Assembly: GCF_001194135.2 (NCBI RefSeq)
Contig: NC_068981.1
Location: 1,097,146-1,161,145 of the forward strand
Length of the DNA: 64,000 bases
Origin: Octopus bimaculoides
Lineage: Eukaryota
Direction: 5' to 3'
Made by a program: the position numbers and the translations under genes
The notes under the pieces: generated by a model
Databases searched by the model: none
Seen by the model: the letters and a program-made list of their open reading frames with translations, nothing else
Told to the model about the DNA's origin: nothing
Shown here: piece after piece, positions 1-13,871 of the stretch
Position numbering within the stretch: the first letter of the stretch is position 1
Layout of the letters: every line of letters begins with the position of its first letter

Positions 1-3000
1 TATTTGAGCCCGTTACTGTTAATTTGAGAATAACGGGCTGAAACATCTTTAACTATGGAAGGAAATTAGAGTCACAATCGAAATTGTTTAGAATGAAACT
101 AATGAAGATTTATAAATGTATTATTCATTATATAATTTTATAGCGAATTGGTGGCTAAACATCAAAAAATAAATGCGTGGTAATTAAGAACTCAATAAAC
201 TCGTAATTAAGAACTCGTAAAAACTCCAACACGTTATTACATTGCAGTAATTCCAAGTGCGACCGCCTAGAATGTCTCTATATAATCGGCTAAAACGATC
301 CTATAGAGCAACATATTTAGAGTAAAAGCAGAAAAGCAAAAATCTCACATATAGTTCATATTTTAATTGTGCTCAACAGCTGTTTCGTTAGGATAAACAT
401 TATTAATTCCGTAATTATGCAATTACGCTAATTCAATTAAATTAAACTCATTAAAGAGTGCTGTTTATCGAAATCGTCAGGAGTATTATGTCAAAATATA
501 AGAACATTTACAAAACTTTAAATTTTCACTGGTCCACCTAGTTATTTATTAAACTAATAATTTTTTTTTTCTTTTCTAACGGCATGATTTTAGGTACGTT
601 ATGCTGGTTCCGAATTGTCTTTAATGCATTGTTTATATTTCTTATGTATTAGGGGCACACATGTCTGTGTGATGAGGAAGCTAGCTTTACATCCACGGGG
701 TTTCAGGTTAAGTCCCACTTCGTGGCACCTTGGGCAAGTGTCTTCTACTATAGCCCAGGGCTGACCAAAGCCTTGTGAGTGGTTCTGGTAGACAGAAGCT
801 CGCGAAAGTTCATCATATGTATGTTTGTTTGTTCAGTGTTATTTGAAGATTTCTTGCCAATAGAGAAAGAGCCGGTTTCTAACCTAAATACAAGGTTCCT
901 TCATTGGAATTTCAACATCGACAACAGGGTATTTTTGTATGTATGTATGGATGGATGGATGGATGGATGGATGGATGGATGGATAAATGGATGTGGATGT
1001 ACGTGTGTGTCCGTATACTTTTGCTATTTTTTGTTTCTTTCAATTCAGCAGAGATCGTTGCAATTGTGGCAGGGCTCTATGTCACATCAAATCTCAATGT
1101 AATGACAATTCACTTTCATTCCCCCCCCCACACACACACTCACTACACTGATGAAGAGCCTTACTTTGCGAGCCACTCCATTGTGTTGGATTTTATAACT
1201 CAATCAATGAAAAGCAGACGATGAAAAACTTCCTTTCACACGCACACGCACCCACACCCACACCCACGCGCGCGCACGCACACACACACACACCATAAAA
1301 ATCTTTCCTTCATAGTCGCACATGCTACGAAAAACTTACTTCAGAGACACACGCATAAACTATGAACATCTCCTTCACATATTATAAGACTATTAAAAGA
1401 AAGCAGTCGCATACACCTCCATGACTTCGCTTTGCTGACGTCACTCGACATCTTGATTTTCTACATTCATTGCGACGCACACACAATACAGCACGCTACA
1501 CATAACGAATACATCGCTCTCTACGTATATGTACATTATCATTTAATTGTTCACATACACACTGGCTATCAAAGACGTGCATAAGCAGTACAATGAGGCG
1601 GACTGTGTAAAATGTTTTCCCGTGCAAGCTTGATCATGTCAATGTATTGTTTAAAACATTTTATTCACAGACAATTTTGACGACCACTTTAATCCATACA
1701 ATATTTAAAGATTTTAAACTCAGTTACATTCGTATTAACCTTTTCATTGTCGCGAGGTGGCTTCGTTGATGTGATGTGGAGCTGATAAAAAATGAAGATG
1801 TATTTTGTTGGTGTGTGAATAATGACTAGCAACAGGCGAAAATTTAACTGCAATATTTATTGCTGGGCTTAAAGATGTGTGGTGTTGGCTGTTCACAATG
1901 AACAACATTAATAATAGCTGACTGGGAGAGAGAGAGAGAGAGAGATACAGCTCTGAACTTATAGAAAGCTATCTATGTGACAACATGCGGTCGTTCCAGG
2001 AATATATGAAGTCAAGCTGTGCAAATCTCCGAGGCAACAGAAGGTTCTTAGCTGTCTATATGGCAAGAGTGGAGGCACGGGCCATTCATCTGCTTTAAAC
2101 ACTCTGCGATTTAATGACCGCTAAAAACGGCTTTTAGATGGGGCAAGAGGTTTTGTTCTAGAACACTTGAAGAACCATATCACGCCACAGCCTCATGTCG
2201 ATCACGGGAAACTATGGTGGTTTACTCGTGGTGTCTGAGCGGTTAGATTTTGAATCGCTGCTTTACAATGTTCTAGAAAGATGAATTGTATTTTGACTTC
2301 GCACAATTTTATCATTTTGTTCTTATTGCTGCCGCCGCCGCTTCTTTCTCTCTTTATTTTATCATTTGCCCAACCTTTGTTCTGTTCAACAATTTCTTCA
2401 TACATTAATTTGACACTGTAGAACATAGAAACTTCTGAGTACATTCACAAATACTTTCATGTAAACTATTTCGGGATTGTACTTGTCTGACAAATAACTT
2501 GTTCTGTTGCCGTTTTTCGAAACTGAAGCAAACTACTTGCAGAATCATTTTTACTTCAAAGATATTCACTTCTCTTTTATTTCTTGAGATGTGAACATTT
2601 CCATACAATTCTGGTCACCGACCCACTTACACAGTCATAGTTCCAAAGAACTGCAGTGAACGTAACAATTTTGTTTGTGTTTTTAGGTGGTTAAAATGAC
2701 TATTTCTGCGATGTAATTGCTATACAATTGTGTAATTTTCACGTATTATTCTAATTTCACAAGAGGCGGCGAGCTAGTAGAACCATTATCAAACCAGTTG
2801 ACATACTTGGCGGTATTTTATCTGTATTTCTGAGTGCAGAAAGTCAGATGAAATTCTGAGTTCAAATTCCACCCAAGTCGACTTTGCCTTTCATCCTTTC
2901 GGGGTCAATGAAATAAATACTCGTTGCGCACTGGAGTTGATGTAATCGATTGCGCCTCCCATAAAACTTCAGGCCTTGTGCTTATAGTAGAAAGTATTCT

Positions 3001-4160
3001 TCTAGTTTCATTAAAGTTCAAATTCTGTTGAGGTCGACTTTATCTTTCATCGTTTTGGGGTCGATAAAATAAGTACCAGTTGAGTACTGGAGCTGATGTA
3101 ACCGACTGGCCCCCTCCTCGCAAAAACTCGCACGGATGTTGAAGAGTGTCGTTGTGGACTGATTTGTGATGGTGACTGGTTGAGTCAATGAATGAAAATG
3201 TGTTTCTAGGGCTGTATGAGAGAAGTAACTGAACAACATCGTGAACATTTAACAAGATTTTGTTGTCGCACGTAAAGATAAACTGCGTTGGCCTTTTTCA
3301 GATAACAACAGCAATAATTACATGCTAGGCGTGAGATACTGCTTGGTGTTTACGGCAAGCTATTGATACGGCAACACGCATCTTGCCCAGCATAACTGGA
3401 AACAATTGTGCTATATTCGTGATGGCACAGGTTCCTGTCATCTATCTGCGCCATCTGTCACAGCTTTACTTCCTGGGTCGTCTGGCTGGTAAAAAACAAA
3501 AAAAACAAAAACATGCCGAACAGTTTTTATAGGGAAGTAGAAGTCGAAACCTGTCCACGCCATCGCTTCACGCTGAGTGGTCGGTTAACAAACCGATCAC
3601 GTGAATCTGTGGTGGTTTTCTCGTGATGTTTGACCGCGTGTCCAAGGATTCAGTTTTGAATCACTGCTACACGCAATTATTTATAGCCATAACTACTTCA
3701 AGTTCAACCGTAGCAAACGAATTATTCCACGTCTCTGGAAGATTCCAAATTCTTATAACTAATGTTTGTTTTTAAACATTTTATTTTTATTTTTAGATAT
3801 ATTTTATATAAAAATGAAATATTGAGAACTTATACATTGGATTATTGTAGATTATCGACTCTTGTAGTTTCAACACTGTGTTATAACATGGTATTATAGG
3901 TTAAGAATGAGGTGGACTGACAGAATTGCGCGTCGAACAAAATGCGTTTTTATAGTTGTGTCACTCTGAGTTCAAATCCACTGCAGTCAACATTGTCTTT
4001 CATCCTTCTGGAATCGATAAAATAAAGTACGAGTTAAGTACTGGGGTCGATGTAATCAATTTTCACTCAAACCTTAAATTGCCATATGCCTAGATTAGAA
4101 ACCCTTCGAAAATTCTCAAGATAATTTAAACCAAAATTCGACACGTGTAAAGTAACGTCA

Positions 4161-4570
4161 TAGGCGCAGGAGTGGTTGTGTGGTAAGTAGCTTGCTTACG
4201 AACCACATGGTTCCAGGTTCAGTCCCACTACGTGGCACCTTGGGCAAGTGTCTTCTACTATAGCCTCGGGCCGGCCAAAGCTTTGTGAGTGGATTTGGTA
4301 GACGGAAACTGAAAGAAGCCCGTCGTATATATATATATATATATATATGTATGCGTGTGTATATGCTTGTGTGTCTGTGTTTGTCCCCCCAGCATCGCTT
4401 GACAACCGATGGTGGTGCGTTTACGTTCCCGTAACTTAGCAGTTCAGCAAAAGAGGCCGATAGAATAAGTACTAGGCTTACAAAGAATAAGTCCTGGGGT
4501 CGATTTGCTCGACTAAAAGCGGTGCACCAGCATGGCCGCAGTCAAATGACTGAAACAAGTAAGTAAAGAG
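4161..4570 (+). mobile_element. Most abundant tRNA-derived SINE family (head TAGGCGCAGGAGTGGCTGTGTGG, internal (TA)n/(TG)n, tail GACTGAAACAAGTAAAAGAG)
   Basis: Near-identical copies recur throughout the window on both strands. Confidence 0.88.
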
Positions 4571-5196
4571 AGCATAATATGAAATTTTACGATAATTTAA
4601 TGCGACATTTTCACTTTTGACGATGTCGAATGAGGTGAATTGTTGATGTACATCCACAACTGGAATACATTTAAACAGATATCTGGATCTGCTCAAAACA
4701 GATCTGCCATGCGACTAAACAATAACATTGCACAAGAAAAAGAAACTTTCCAAATCAATATCTTTGTCTTTAAGGTCTTCCATATTAGATTTTACATACT
4801 CCTGATGTTAAAAAAGCCTTTAAGGTCTTCCATATTAAATTTTAGCCGCCCCTGCTGTTAAAAAGAAGGAAAAAAAACCCCTCAAAGTTTTGTTAAAGTG
4901 AAATTATCTCAGTGCACAGATGTGCAACCTATTCCCCCCATCACGAGATGCCTATCTTGTCTGTGACCAACTAAATAAAACCAAATATCGATATTGAATT
5001 GAAACTAGAATAACAAACAAACTACAATATTTCAGAGACAACGTATGGAATTAATTTTAAGCTCGCTTTGCAACCACGTGATTTCAGGTTCAATCTCACT
5101 GCATGGCACCCTGAGTGAGAGTCTATCATAGCTCCGAACCAACCAATGAGTTGTGAGTGAATTTGGCAGACAGACACTGTATGGAATCTGCACACA

Positions 5197-5217
5197 ACAC
5201 ACACACACACACACACA

Positions 5218-5283
<66 letters not shown>
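5197..5283 (+). repeat. (CA)n microsatellite; other long SSRs at 947..982 (GATG), 9125..9490 (CT-rich tract), 24634..24680 poly(A), 27698..27815 (TATG/TG), 41135..41232 (GATA/GA), 60890..60936 (GA)
   Basis: Direct reading. Confidence 0.95.
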
Positions 5284-5286
<3 letters not shown>

Positions 5287-5574
5287 GCGTGCGCGTGTTT
5301 GCATGTGCCGCTTTGTGTCTGTGTTTGTTACCGTTTGACAACCGGTGTTCGTTTGTTTACGTCTCTGCAACTAAGCTGTTCAACATGAATGTGCTGAAGA
5401 GACATGAATAACTCCGGCATCTACCAAATCCACTCACACGGTTTTGGTTAGCCTGAGGTTAGGGTAGAAGACACTAGACTGCTGATTAATAGCCCAGTCA
5501 AGATGGTATTTTCTTCATCTCTTACTCTTGTATTTGCACACATCTATAAAATGGCTTTCTGAAATGAACTTCCA

Positions 5575-5671
5575 TTATGCAGCTGAGGAGTACATTTTCA
5601 TTGCACAACTTATGTGGTGTTCTCACTGCATAAATAAATGAAGTTTGTACGAAACGTACGTACTGCTATAA
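5575..5671 (+). ncRNA. Type I hammerhead ribozyme motif, canonical core, long stem II, palindromic stem III
   Basis: TTATGCAG-CTGAGGA-GTACA..TGTAC-GAAA-CGTACGT-A/CTGCTATAA: core CUGANGA and GAAA, G10.1-C11.1 pair, GUA cleavage triplet, stem I GCAG/CUGC plus UUAU/AUAA. Confidence 0.75.
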
Positions 5672-6598
5672 CGTAATGCATTTTTGTTGCTCTTCTTCNN
5701 NNNNNNNNNNNNNNNNNNNNNNNNNNNNNNNNNNNNNNNNNNNNNNNNNNNNNNNNNNNNNNNNNNNNNNNNNNNNNNNNNNNNNNNNNNNNNNNNNNNN
5801 NNNNNNNNNNNNNNNNNNNNNNNNNNNNNNNNNNNNNNNNNNNNNNNNNNNNNNNNNNNNNNNNNNNNNNNNNNNNNNNNNNNNNNNNNNNNNNNNNNNN
5901 NNNNNNNNNNNNNNNNNNNNNNNNNNNNNNNNNNNNNNNNNNNNNNNNNNNNNNNNNNNNNNNNNNNNNNNNNNNNNNNNNNNNNNNNNNNNNNNNNNNN
6001 NNNNNNNNNNNNNNNNNNNNNNNNNNNNNNNNNNNNNNNNNNNNNNNNNNNNNNNNNNNNNNNNNNNNNNNNNNNNNNNNNNNNNNNNNNNNNNNNNNNN
6101 NNNNNNNNNNNNNNNNNNNNNNNNNNNNNNNNNNNNNNNNNNNNNNNNNNNNNNNNNNNNNNNNNNNNNNNNNNNNNNNNNNNNNNNNNNNNNNNNNNNN
6201 NNNNNNNNNNNNNNNNNNNNNNNNNNNNNNNNNNNNNNNNNNNNNNNNNNNNNNNNNNNNNNNNNNNNNNNNNNNNNNNNNNNNNNNNNNNNNNNNNNNN
6301 NNNNNNNNNNNNNNNNNNNNNNNNNNNNNNNNNNNNNNNNNNNNNNNNNNNNNNNNNNNNNNNNNNNNNNNNNNNNNNNNNNNNNNNNNNNNNNNNNNNN
6401 NNNNNNNNNNNNNNNNNNNNNNNNNNNNNNNNNNNNNNNNNNNNNNNNNNNNNNNNNNNNNNNNNNNNNNNNNNNNNNNNNNNNNNNNNNNNNNNNNNNN
6501 NNNNNNNNNNNNNNNNNNNNNNNNNNNNNNNNNNNNNNNNNNNNNNNNNNNNNNNNNNNNNNNNNNNNNNNNNNNNNNGGACCACAGAAATCAACCGT

Positions 6599-6760
6599 TT
6601 TTTTTCATTCTCTCTCTGTTTATTTTCTCTTATTCCTTTCTGTTAGAGAGCGTAGGCTCGAAACGTAAAAGACTTTTCCATTTTCCCGAGCGTCAAACGA
6701 ATACACTTGATTGTTGTTCTTACATCTGTCTTCGTCTTTGTAAAGCCACGCAGCTTTTGT
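6599..6760 (+). mobile_element. Interspersed repeat with a variant hammerhead-like motif (6636..6671); second copy at 63680..63830
   Basis: CTTT-CTGTTAG-A-GAGC gtag GCTC-GAAAC-GTA-AAAG; body shared with 63680..63830. Confidence 0.55.
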
Positions 6761-6799
6761 CAACAGTAAGTTTTTACATTTATATATGTGTGTGTATGT

Positions 6800-6834
<35 letters not shown>

Positions 6835-7199
6835 ACGTGTGTATCTTTGTGTCTGTTTTTGTGCCCCACCCCGCCCAACGCTTGACGACCGATGTTGGCG
6901 TATTTACCTCTCCATAACCTAGCGGTTCAGCTGAAGAGACCGATAGAATAAGTATCGGACTTACACAGAATAAGTCCAGGGGTTGATTTCTTTGACTAAA
7001 AGGCAGTGCTCCAGCATGGCCGTAGTCAAATGAAACGAGTAAAAGAATATGTATGTATGTATATATGAGATCCTATATGTATATATATTAGATAATAGAA
7101 CGAATGGTTTATACCTGGTAGTATACTGGTAAAGCATGGACGAAACAATTGTAGTGGTTAATAAAAATCTCGAATCCTCCATCTTCCGTCTTTCCTTTA

Positions 7200-7241
<42 letters not shown>

Positions 7242-7622
7242 CTCTGCCAGGTAAGCTGGCTGGTTAACCGAAACTTCAAAACCACTCTGAAACGTTTTCT
7301 TGTAAAAATATGTACTCCGCTAAGAAGTATTGGCTAAGCCTTTAATTTAATGTTAAATTGTTTCTATAACTTCATATAAAACCAACACGCACGCACAGAC
7401 AGACAGACACACACACACACACACAGAATTTCCGGGAAATTTTGAAATTCCCCTTTTCGGATTCCTTGTATATATACATACATATGTATATGTCACTTAT
7501 GAGCTTCCGTACTTGATATCAGGCAACCATATTGCCTCGTTTATATTTCTTTCTTCCATTCATTGTGACAACAAATTACACAAGCAGCACACTTGTCTTC
7601 GACTCACTCTCACACCTCAGCC

Positions 7623-7742
7623 ATGGCACATCAGTCTACACCGACCGCATTATTTATCTTGTTTTTAGCGCTGTTATGGCCCGCATGCTTGGCCGAAATG
7701 ATCAAAGGATCGGTGCCATTAAATTCCGGCGTTTTTGATAAG
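7623..7742 (+). CDS. ERP29: ERp29 coding exon 1 (signal peptide, start of thioredoxin-like N domain)
   Basis: ATG at 7623 (gccATGg context); MAHQSTPTALFILFLALLWPACLAEMIKGSVPLNSGVFDK; donor AAG|gtaagt, phase 0. Confidence 0.92.
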
Positions 7743-10700
7743 GTAAGTTTGAAATAAAACCAATTTCTTATGATGGAAGAATTTCTTCTCTGTTTGAATG
7801 AACCAAGAATCACACACATTAAACACGACTGGATCTAATTTTCACACAGTTTTTCTTTACATATCTGCTCGGTTTTAGCTTCTTTTAACTGGTTTTCATA
7901 ATATTTCTAATAGAAACGAGTTTTTTTTTTAATTGAAAATATTTTTTTTTTTTACTCAGTATAAGTTTGAAGATTATTTCAAGAATTTGGGTTTCGTTCT
8001 TGGGAATCTCCGTCTTTAATATATAATAATATGTAATCATCATTTTCTTATTCTTTGATTTGATTTCAGTTTTCTTTCGTATCACGGCGATGATATTTGT
8101 AAAAAAAACTTTTTCCGTGTTTGAATCATATCAACGACAATTTTGCATTTTGTTCGTCCTGGGACGTAAAAAAAAGGGTGACAAAAAACTAATAACATTT
8201 TATAGAAATATTTATTTTCGTGGGTGTGTATGTTTTGTATAACACTAAGCCGAGCTTGACAATTATTACTCGCGCGTATACATACACATGCAAATGTATG
8301 TGTATTGTATGCATGTATGTATGTATGTATGCATGAATGTATGCACACACGTGTGTATATATCTTTTTCTTTCCTTACACTTTAGTAAGAAATATGCACA
8401 CGTGTGTGTATAAATGTGTATATAAATTATATACATCCTTATTGTCACAGTTTTTGTGGAGTAAACGCCCTCTTAAACACACACGCCTTCCACGCTTTTT
8501 GACATTTTGGCGATATTTCTTGCATTCTGTTTAATCCCAGTTCAATCCCGATCGGGTAGAACTATAATAAAGACATACCAATCAGGACCATTCCGTTTCT
8601 CCACCGACATAATATAACTTGGATTACATTACTCAATGTGTCTGGCGATTCGAGGTTGTTACAGTTGCTATTTCTAGCAACATGAATGGTTTCCTTGGTA
8701 AGCGATAGGATCGAGGTTCAAATCCTGCCTGTAGGTTTGTACTCTATAAAGGCTGAAGATTATAAAAAAGAATAAGAACATTGAAAAACGATGTGGTATC
8801 TCATTGCATCGTTTTACGTCGTGTGTTCAATTCCCACTCGGGTCGGCTTTGCCTTCCATCCCCTTTGGAATCGATGAATTGAGTACCAATCAGTACCGGT
8901 AATCGATTGAATCTAACCATGTCTTCTCCCTCTCTTAGACATTCATGGCTTTGTACCAGTGTAAAAAAAAATACCATTTATTGTACATTAGTAGCAGTTT
9001 AAACCTATAAGAATATGTGAAGAATTTTATAACATTAAATTCTTCTCTAAACAGATTTCTTTTATCTGATTCGAATTTACGACTTCATGTCTCTAGGAAT
9101 GCTGGAGAATATTCCAGAATACGTCTCCCGCCTCTCTCTCTCTTTTCCTTTCTGCCACTCTCTCTCACTGCCTCTTTATATCTCTCTCATCCCCTCTTTC
9201 TCTGCCCTCTCTTTACCTTCTCATCTCTCTCTCTGCATTTATCTTTTTCTGCTTCTCTCACCCTCTCTTCGATTCCGTTTTTCTTTGCCTCTCTATCTCC
9301 CTCTCTGTGCCTTCCCATCTCTCTCTGCATTTCTTTTTTTCTCCTCTCCTTCTCTGTCTTCTCTTTTTTTTCTTCTATTCCATTCTCTCTCTCGTTTTCA
9401 CCCTCTCTTTCTTGACTTCACCATCTCGCTCTCCCTCTGACTCTGCCTCTCACTGTCTGTCTGTCTCTCTTCCCTTCCTTTCTTCTCCATTTCTTCCAAT
9501 ACGGAATAGAATAGGGGTTTACTTTCTCAGCCAGCTTGCTAATTATGTCGCTTCTTTCTGCTGAATCAGTTCCATGTACTTCCTTCTTTTTCCCATGGAA
9601 GCCCACTCGTTTCTTCTATGGGCCTCGTTTTATCGAAGTGATACAAGTGGAGTGTTTTTGTCCTGATAACACACACAATAGAAGTAGCAGCACGTGTTTA
9701 TTTATTGATATTATTAATACTATTATCATTGTTGTTGTTAGCATTTAAGACTGCGAACTGGCAGAAACGTTAGCAGGCCGGGCGAAATGCTCAGTGGTAT
9801 TTCGTCTGCCGCTACGTTCTGAGTTCAAATTTCGCCGAGGTCCACTTTGCCTTTCATCCTTTCGGGGTCGATTAAATAAGTACCAGTTANNNNNNNNNNN
9901 NNNNNNNNNNNNNNNNNNNNNNNNNNNNNNNNNNNNNNNNNNNNNNNNNNNNNNNNNNNNNNNNNNNNNNNNNNNNNNNNNNNNNNNNNNNNNNNNNNNN
10001 NNNNNNNNNNNNNNNNNNNNNNNNNNNNNNNNNNNNNNNNNNNNNNNNNNNNNNNNNNNNNNNNNNNNNNNNNNNNNNNNNNNNNNNNNNNNNNNNNNNN
10101 NNNNNNNNNNNNNNNNNNNNNNNNNNNNNNNNNNNNNNNNNNNNNNNNNNNNNNNNNNNNNNNNNNNNNNNNNNNNNNNNNNNNNNNNNNNNNNNNNNNN
10201 NNNNNNNNNNNNNNNNNNNNNNNNNNNNNNNNNNNNNNNNNNNNNNNNNNNNAACTTTTAAATTCAATAAATAAACACGTGCTGCTACTTCTATTGTGTG
10301 TGTTATCAGGACAAAAACACTCCACTTGTATCACTTCGATAAAACGAGGCCCATAGAAGAAACGAGTGGGCTTCCATGGGAAAAAGAAGGAAGTACATAA
10401 GGAGATACACATGAACGTCTTCCTGGGGCTAAAAACAACAGTAACACCGTCTTCTATAGGACCGTCACATTTAGTTGACAAATATAGTTTATGAATAAAC
10501 GGACAGGGATAAATAGATAGACAGACAAATAAATAAATGGATGAAAAAGTTCAAAATTTAAAATTGGGGGAAGGGTGAAATTTGAGCCCCTTATTAAACT
10601 TTATAACTTTAATTATTAAACAATGTTTGTTTCTCATAAAATGGTGTATATCTAATTTACATTATATTATTATTTACGATTATAAACACAAGTAAAATGC

Positions 10701-12194
10701 AAATTCTTTTCATTTTAATGTTTTTCTCTGTATTTAGTAGATGGAAACTGAAAGAAGCCCGTCGGATATACATACATACATATATATATATGTATATATA
10801 AAGTAGTTGTATACTGCCAACTTAACATGACAGTCCCAATAAGGGAATATGCTACTGCTATTTAGCCATAGGAAGCTGGACCGCTTCCTATTAGGCCTTG
10901 ACACATTTCCTGTGTCCTTATCTTTGCAAGGGGGAGACAAACTCCTCCACCCAGCGCACACACATGTATATGTTTTTGTGTCTGTGTTTGTTGCCACACC
11001 ATCACTTGACAACTGATGCTGGTGTGTTTACGTTCCCATAACTTAGCAGTTCGGCAAAAGAGAACGATAGAATAAGTACTAGGCTTACAAAGAATAAGTC
11101 CTTGGTGCCGAGTTGTTCGACTAAAGGTGGTGCTCCAGCATGGCCGCAGTCGAATGACTGAAACAAATAAAATAAAAAAAAAGACAATAAAAGAATTTGG
11201 TAGTTTCATGTAAATTTCTACTGCATCACCTGCTGCACCTCCATGTTGCAAAGTGTGTGCAGCATTGTTTGTTCTTTGTTTGTAGTTAGGGGAGTGCAAG
11301 CTCTTCCCATTGTTGCATCAGTTTGTTGTGTTGTGGAGTCTGGCTGCAGCATTTTGTTGTATCATTGTTTGTATTGTGTGTTGTGTGTGTAATGCAAGCA
11401 GTTTTGTTCTGTTGTGTTACTATTTTGTTCTTTCTGAAATTCTGAAAAAAATTATTATTCTTGACCCCACCCTTCCATCGTCACCCCTTCTTCTCTGGTT
11501 TTGAATTTCTTTTGGTTAGCTTTTAAAGCATCTTTTCACCATCCATCCTACCTATATTATCTTTCAAGTACAATCTGTCAGTCGGAGTAGGAGTGGCTGT
11601 GTGGTAAGTAGCTTGCTTACCAACCACATGGTTCCGGGTTCAGTCCCACTGCGTGGCACCTTGGGCAAGCATCTTCTACTATAGCCTCGGGCTGACCAAA
11701 GCCTTGTGAGTGGATTTGGTAGACGGAAACTGAAAGAAGCCCGTCCTATATATGTATATATATGTATGTGTGTGTATATGCTTGTGTGTCTGTGTTTACG
11801 TCCCTGTAACTTAATGGTTTGGCAAATGAGACCGATAGAATAAGTACTAGGCTTACAAAGAATAAGTCCTGGGGTCGATTTGCTCGACTAAAAGGCGGTG
11901 CTCCAGCATGGCCGCAGTCAAATGACTGAAAGAAGTAAANNNNNNNNNNNNNNNNNNNNNNNNNNNNNNNNNNNNNNNNNNNNNNNNNNNNNNNNNNNNN
12001 NNNNNATAATTAAACATTGGTCATATATATGATGTATTTTGGAGGTTTGATATCGTATATAAAGTTGTTAACTCATTTTAATGTTTGTTCTATGACCAAT
12101 GTTTAATTATCCTTGCCTCATTTATTTGAGCACTTCTTTTTTGCAGTCCTATTAACTCTTTGTCTCTTTTGAAAGTAGTTATTTCTTGACGTAT

Positions 12195-12246
<52 letters not shown>

Positions 12247-13837
12247 CTTTCACTTTCGCTTTGTAAGTTCGTAATTAATTATGTTTAAGCAATCGATTTT
12301 TTTTTTCATGCCAAGAAAAAAAAAGTTCAAATGTATGGATGGCAGGTGGTAGAACTTCATTATTTTAAAAGAATTTGAGTGGAAATTGTGCTGACATATA
12401 CAAGCATGAGTACGAGATATTTCGACACAGCTGTTTTGGTGCTGCTACCTGTTCAGCATTGCTGATTTGATGTTGACTGATTTCATAGCAGACGTTTGAA
12501 TGTTTCATTTTAATGCTTTTCCTACTCTCTCTCTCTCTTTCTCTCCTTTTCTGTTTATATGTGTGAGCATCTAGTTATCATCATCTTCATTATTTTAGCA
12601 TCCATTCTTATGCTGACATGGGTGGGACAGTTTGATGGGAGCTGGTGAGTCAGAGAACTGTGCCAAGCTCTTGCTGTCTGCTTTGGCTCGGTTTCTACAG
12701 CTGGATGCCCTTCCAAACACCAAATATTTGTACAAGAAGTTTGTTTCCCAACTACACAATTCCGGGTTCAGTCTCACTGTGTGGCACTTTGGGTGAGTTC
12801 CTTCAACTACAGCCTTGGGCTGACCAAAGCCTTGTGAGTGGATTTGGTAGACAGAAACTGAATGAAGCCCATCATAAACATGCATACATACATACATATA
12901 TATATATTTATGTGTGTTTACATCTCCATAACTTAGCAGTTTGGCAAAAAAGACTGATAGAATAAGTACCAGGCTTTAAAAAATTCCTGGGGTTGATTCA
13001 TTCAACAAAAAATACTTAAGGTGGTACTCCAGCATGACCGCGGGCTAATGACTGAAACAAGTAAAAGAATAAAAGACTATGTAATATCTGTCTCTCTCAC
13101 TCACTCTCTGTCTGTGCGCACGCGTGTGTCTGTGTCTGTCCAGCACCAAAATGGACTGTCACCAGAACAGGTAGAATGTCCTGACAGCTGCACCAAGTGA
13201 CCAGCATCCAAACAGCTGTCTCGTTCCGCATGAATTTGGTTGTGATGAAACAATTGAATCCATTTTGGTTGCTGTTTGTGAACAACATCACCTTCAAGAT
13301 ACAGGACCAGATACTGCATCAGTTTAGATTCCAAGAGCCCACAGCACTTCAATATCCTGTCAATAAGCCTGAAAGACGAGGGTGGTGAGCTGGCAGAAAT
13401 GTTAGCCTGCTGGGCGAAATGCATAGAGGTATTTTGTCTGCCTTTACGTTCTGAGTTCAAATTCCGCTGAGGTTGACTTTGCCTTTCATCCTTTTGGGGT
13501 TGATAAATTAAGTACCAGTTGCATACTGGAGTTGATCTAATCGACTGGCCCCTTCCCCAAAAATTTTGGGCCTTGTACCTAGAGTAGAAGAGAATATTTA
13601 TAAAAGCGGCGAGCTGGCGGAAATGTTAGCCTGCTGGGCGAAATGCTTAGCGATATTTCGTCTGTCTTTACGCTCTGAGTTCAGCTGGAACCCTTGTCGT
13701 CATAACTGATGGAGTACTAGGAAGACGACAATGTGTCTATGGCACTCATCTTGATGTATGTCTATATGCAAGTGTATTTATGTATATATGTATGTATTGA
13801 TGTGTGTGCTTATATGTGTGTATATATATATATATAG

Positions 13838-13871
<34 letters not shown>

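Noticed and set aside
875-940. Minus-strand CCAATGAAGGAACC..GGTTAGAAACCGG, hammerhead-like spacing
   Set aside because: Core has two substitutions and stem I is unconvincing; at most a decayed relic.
1140-1190. CTGATGAAGAGCC resembling a hammerhead start
   Set aside because: No complementary stem II partner and no GAAAC downstream.
1950-3700. CpG-richer unique sequence that might be a promoter or first exon of a neighbouring gene
   Set aside because: No convincing ORF, splice pattern or homology could be recognised in any frame.
7430-7462. Perfect STAT GAS motif TTCCGGGAA and an adjacent kappa-B-like GAAATTCCCC ~190 nt upstream of the ERp29 ATG
   Set aside because: Short motifs are expected by chance and there is no conservation data; no ERSE or UPRE motif was seen nearby.
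13101-13460. 119-aa minus-strand ORF (LIDRILKCCGLLESK..) in ERp29 intron 1
   Set aside because: It starts in a SINE and ends in a microsatellite, with no recognisable domain and no donor site.
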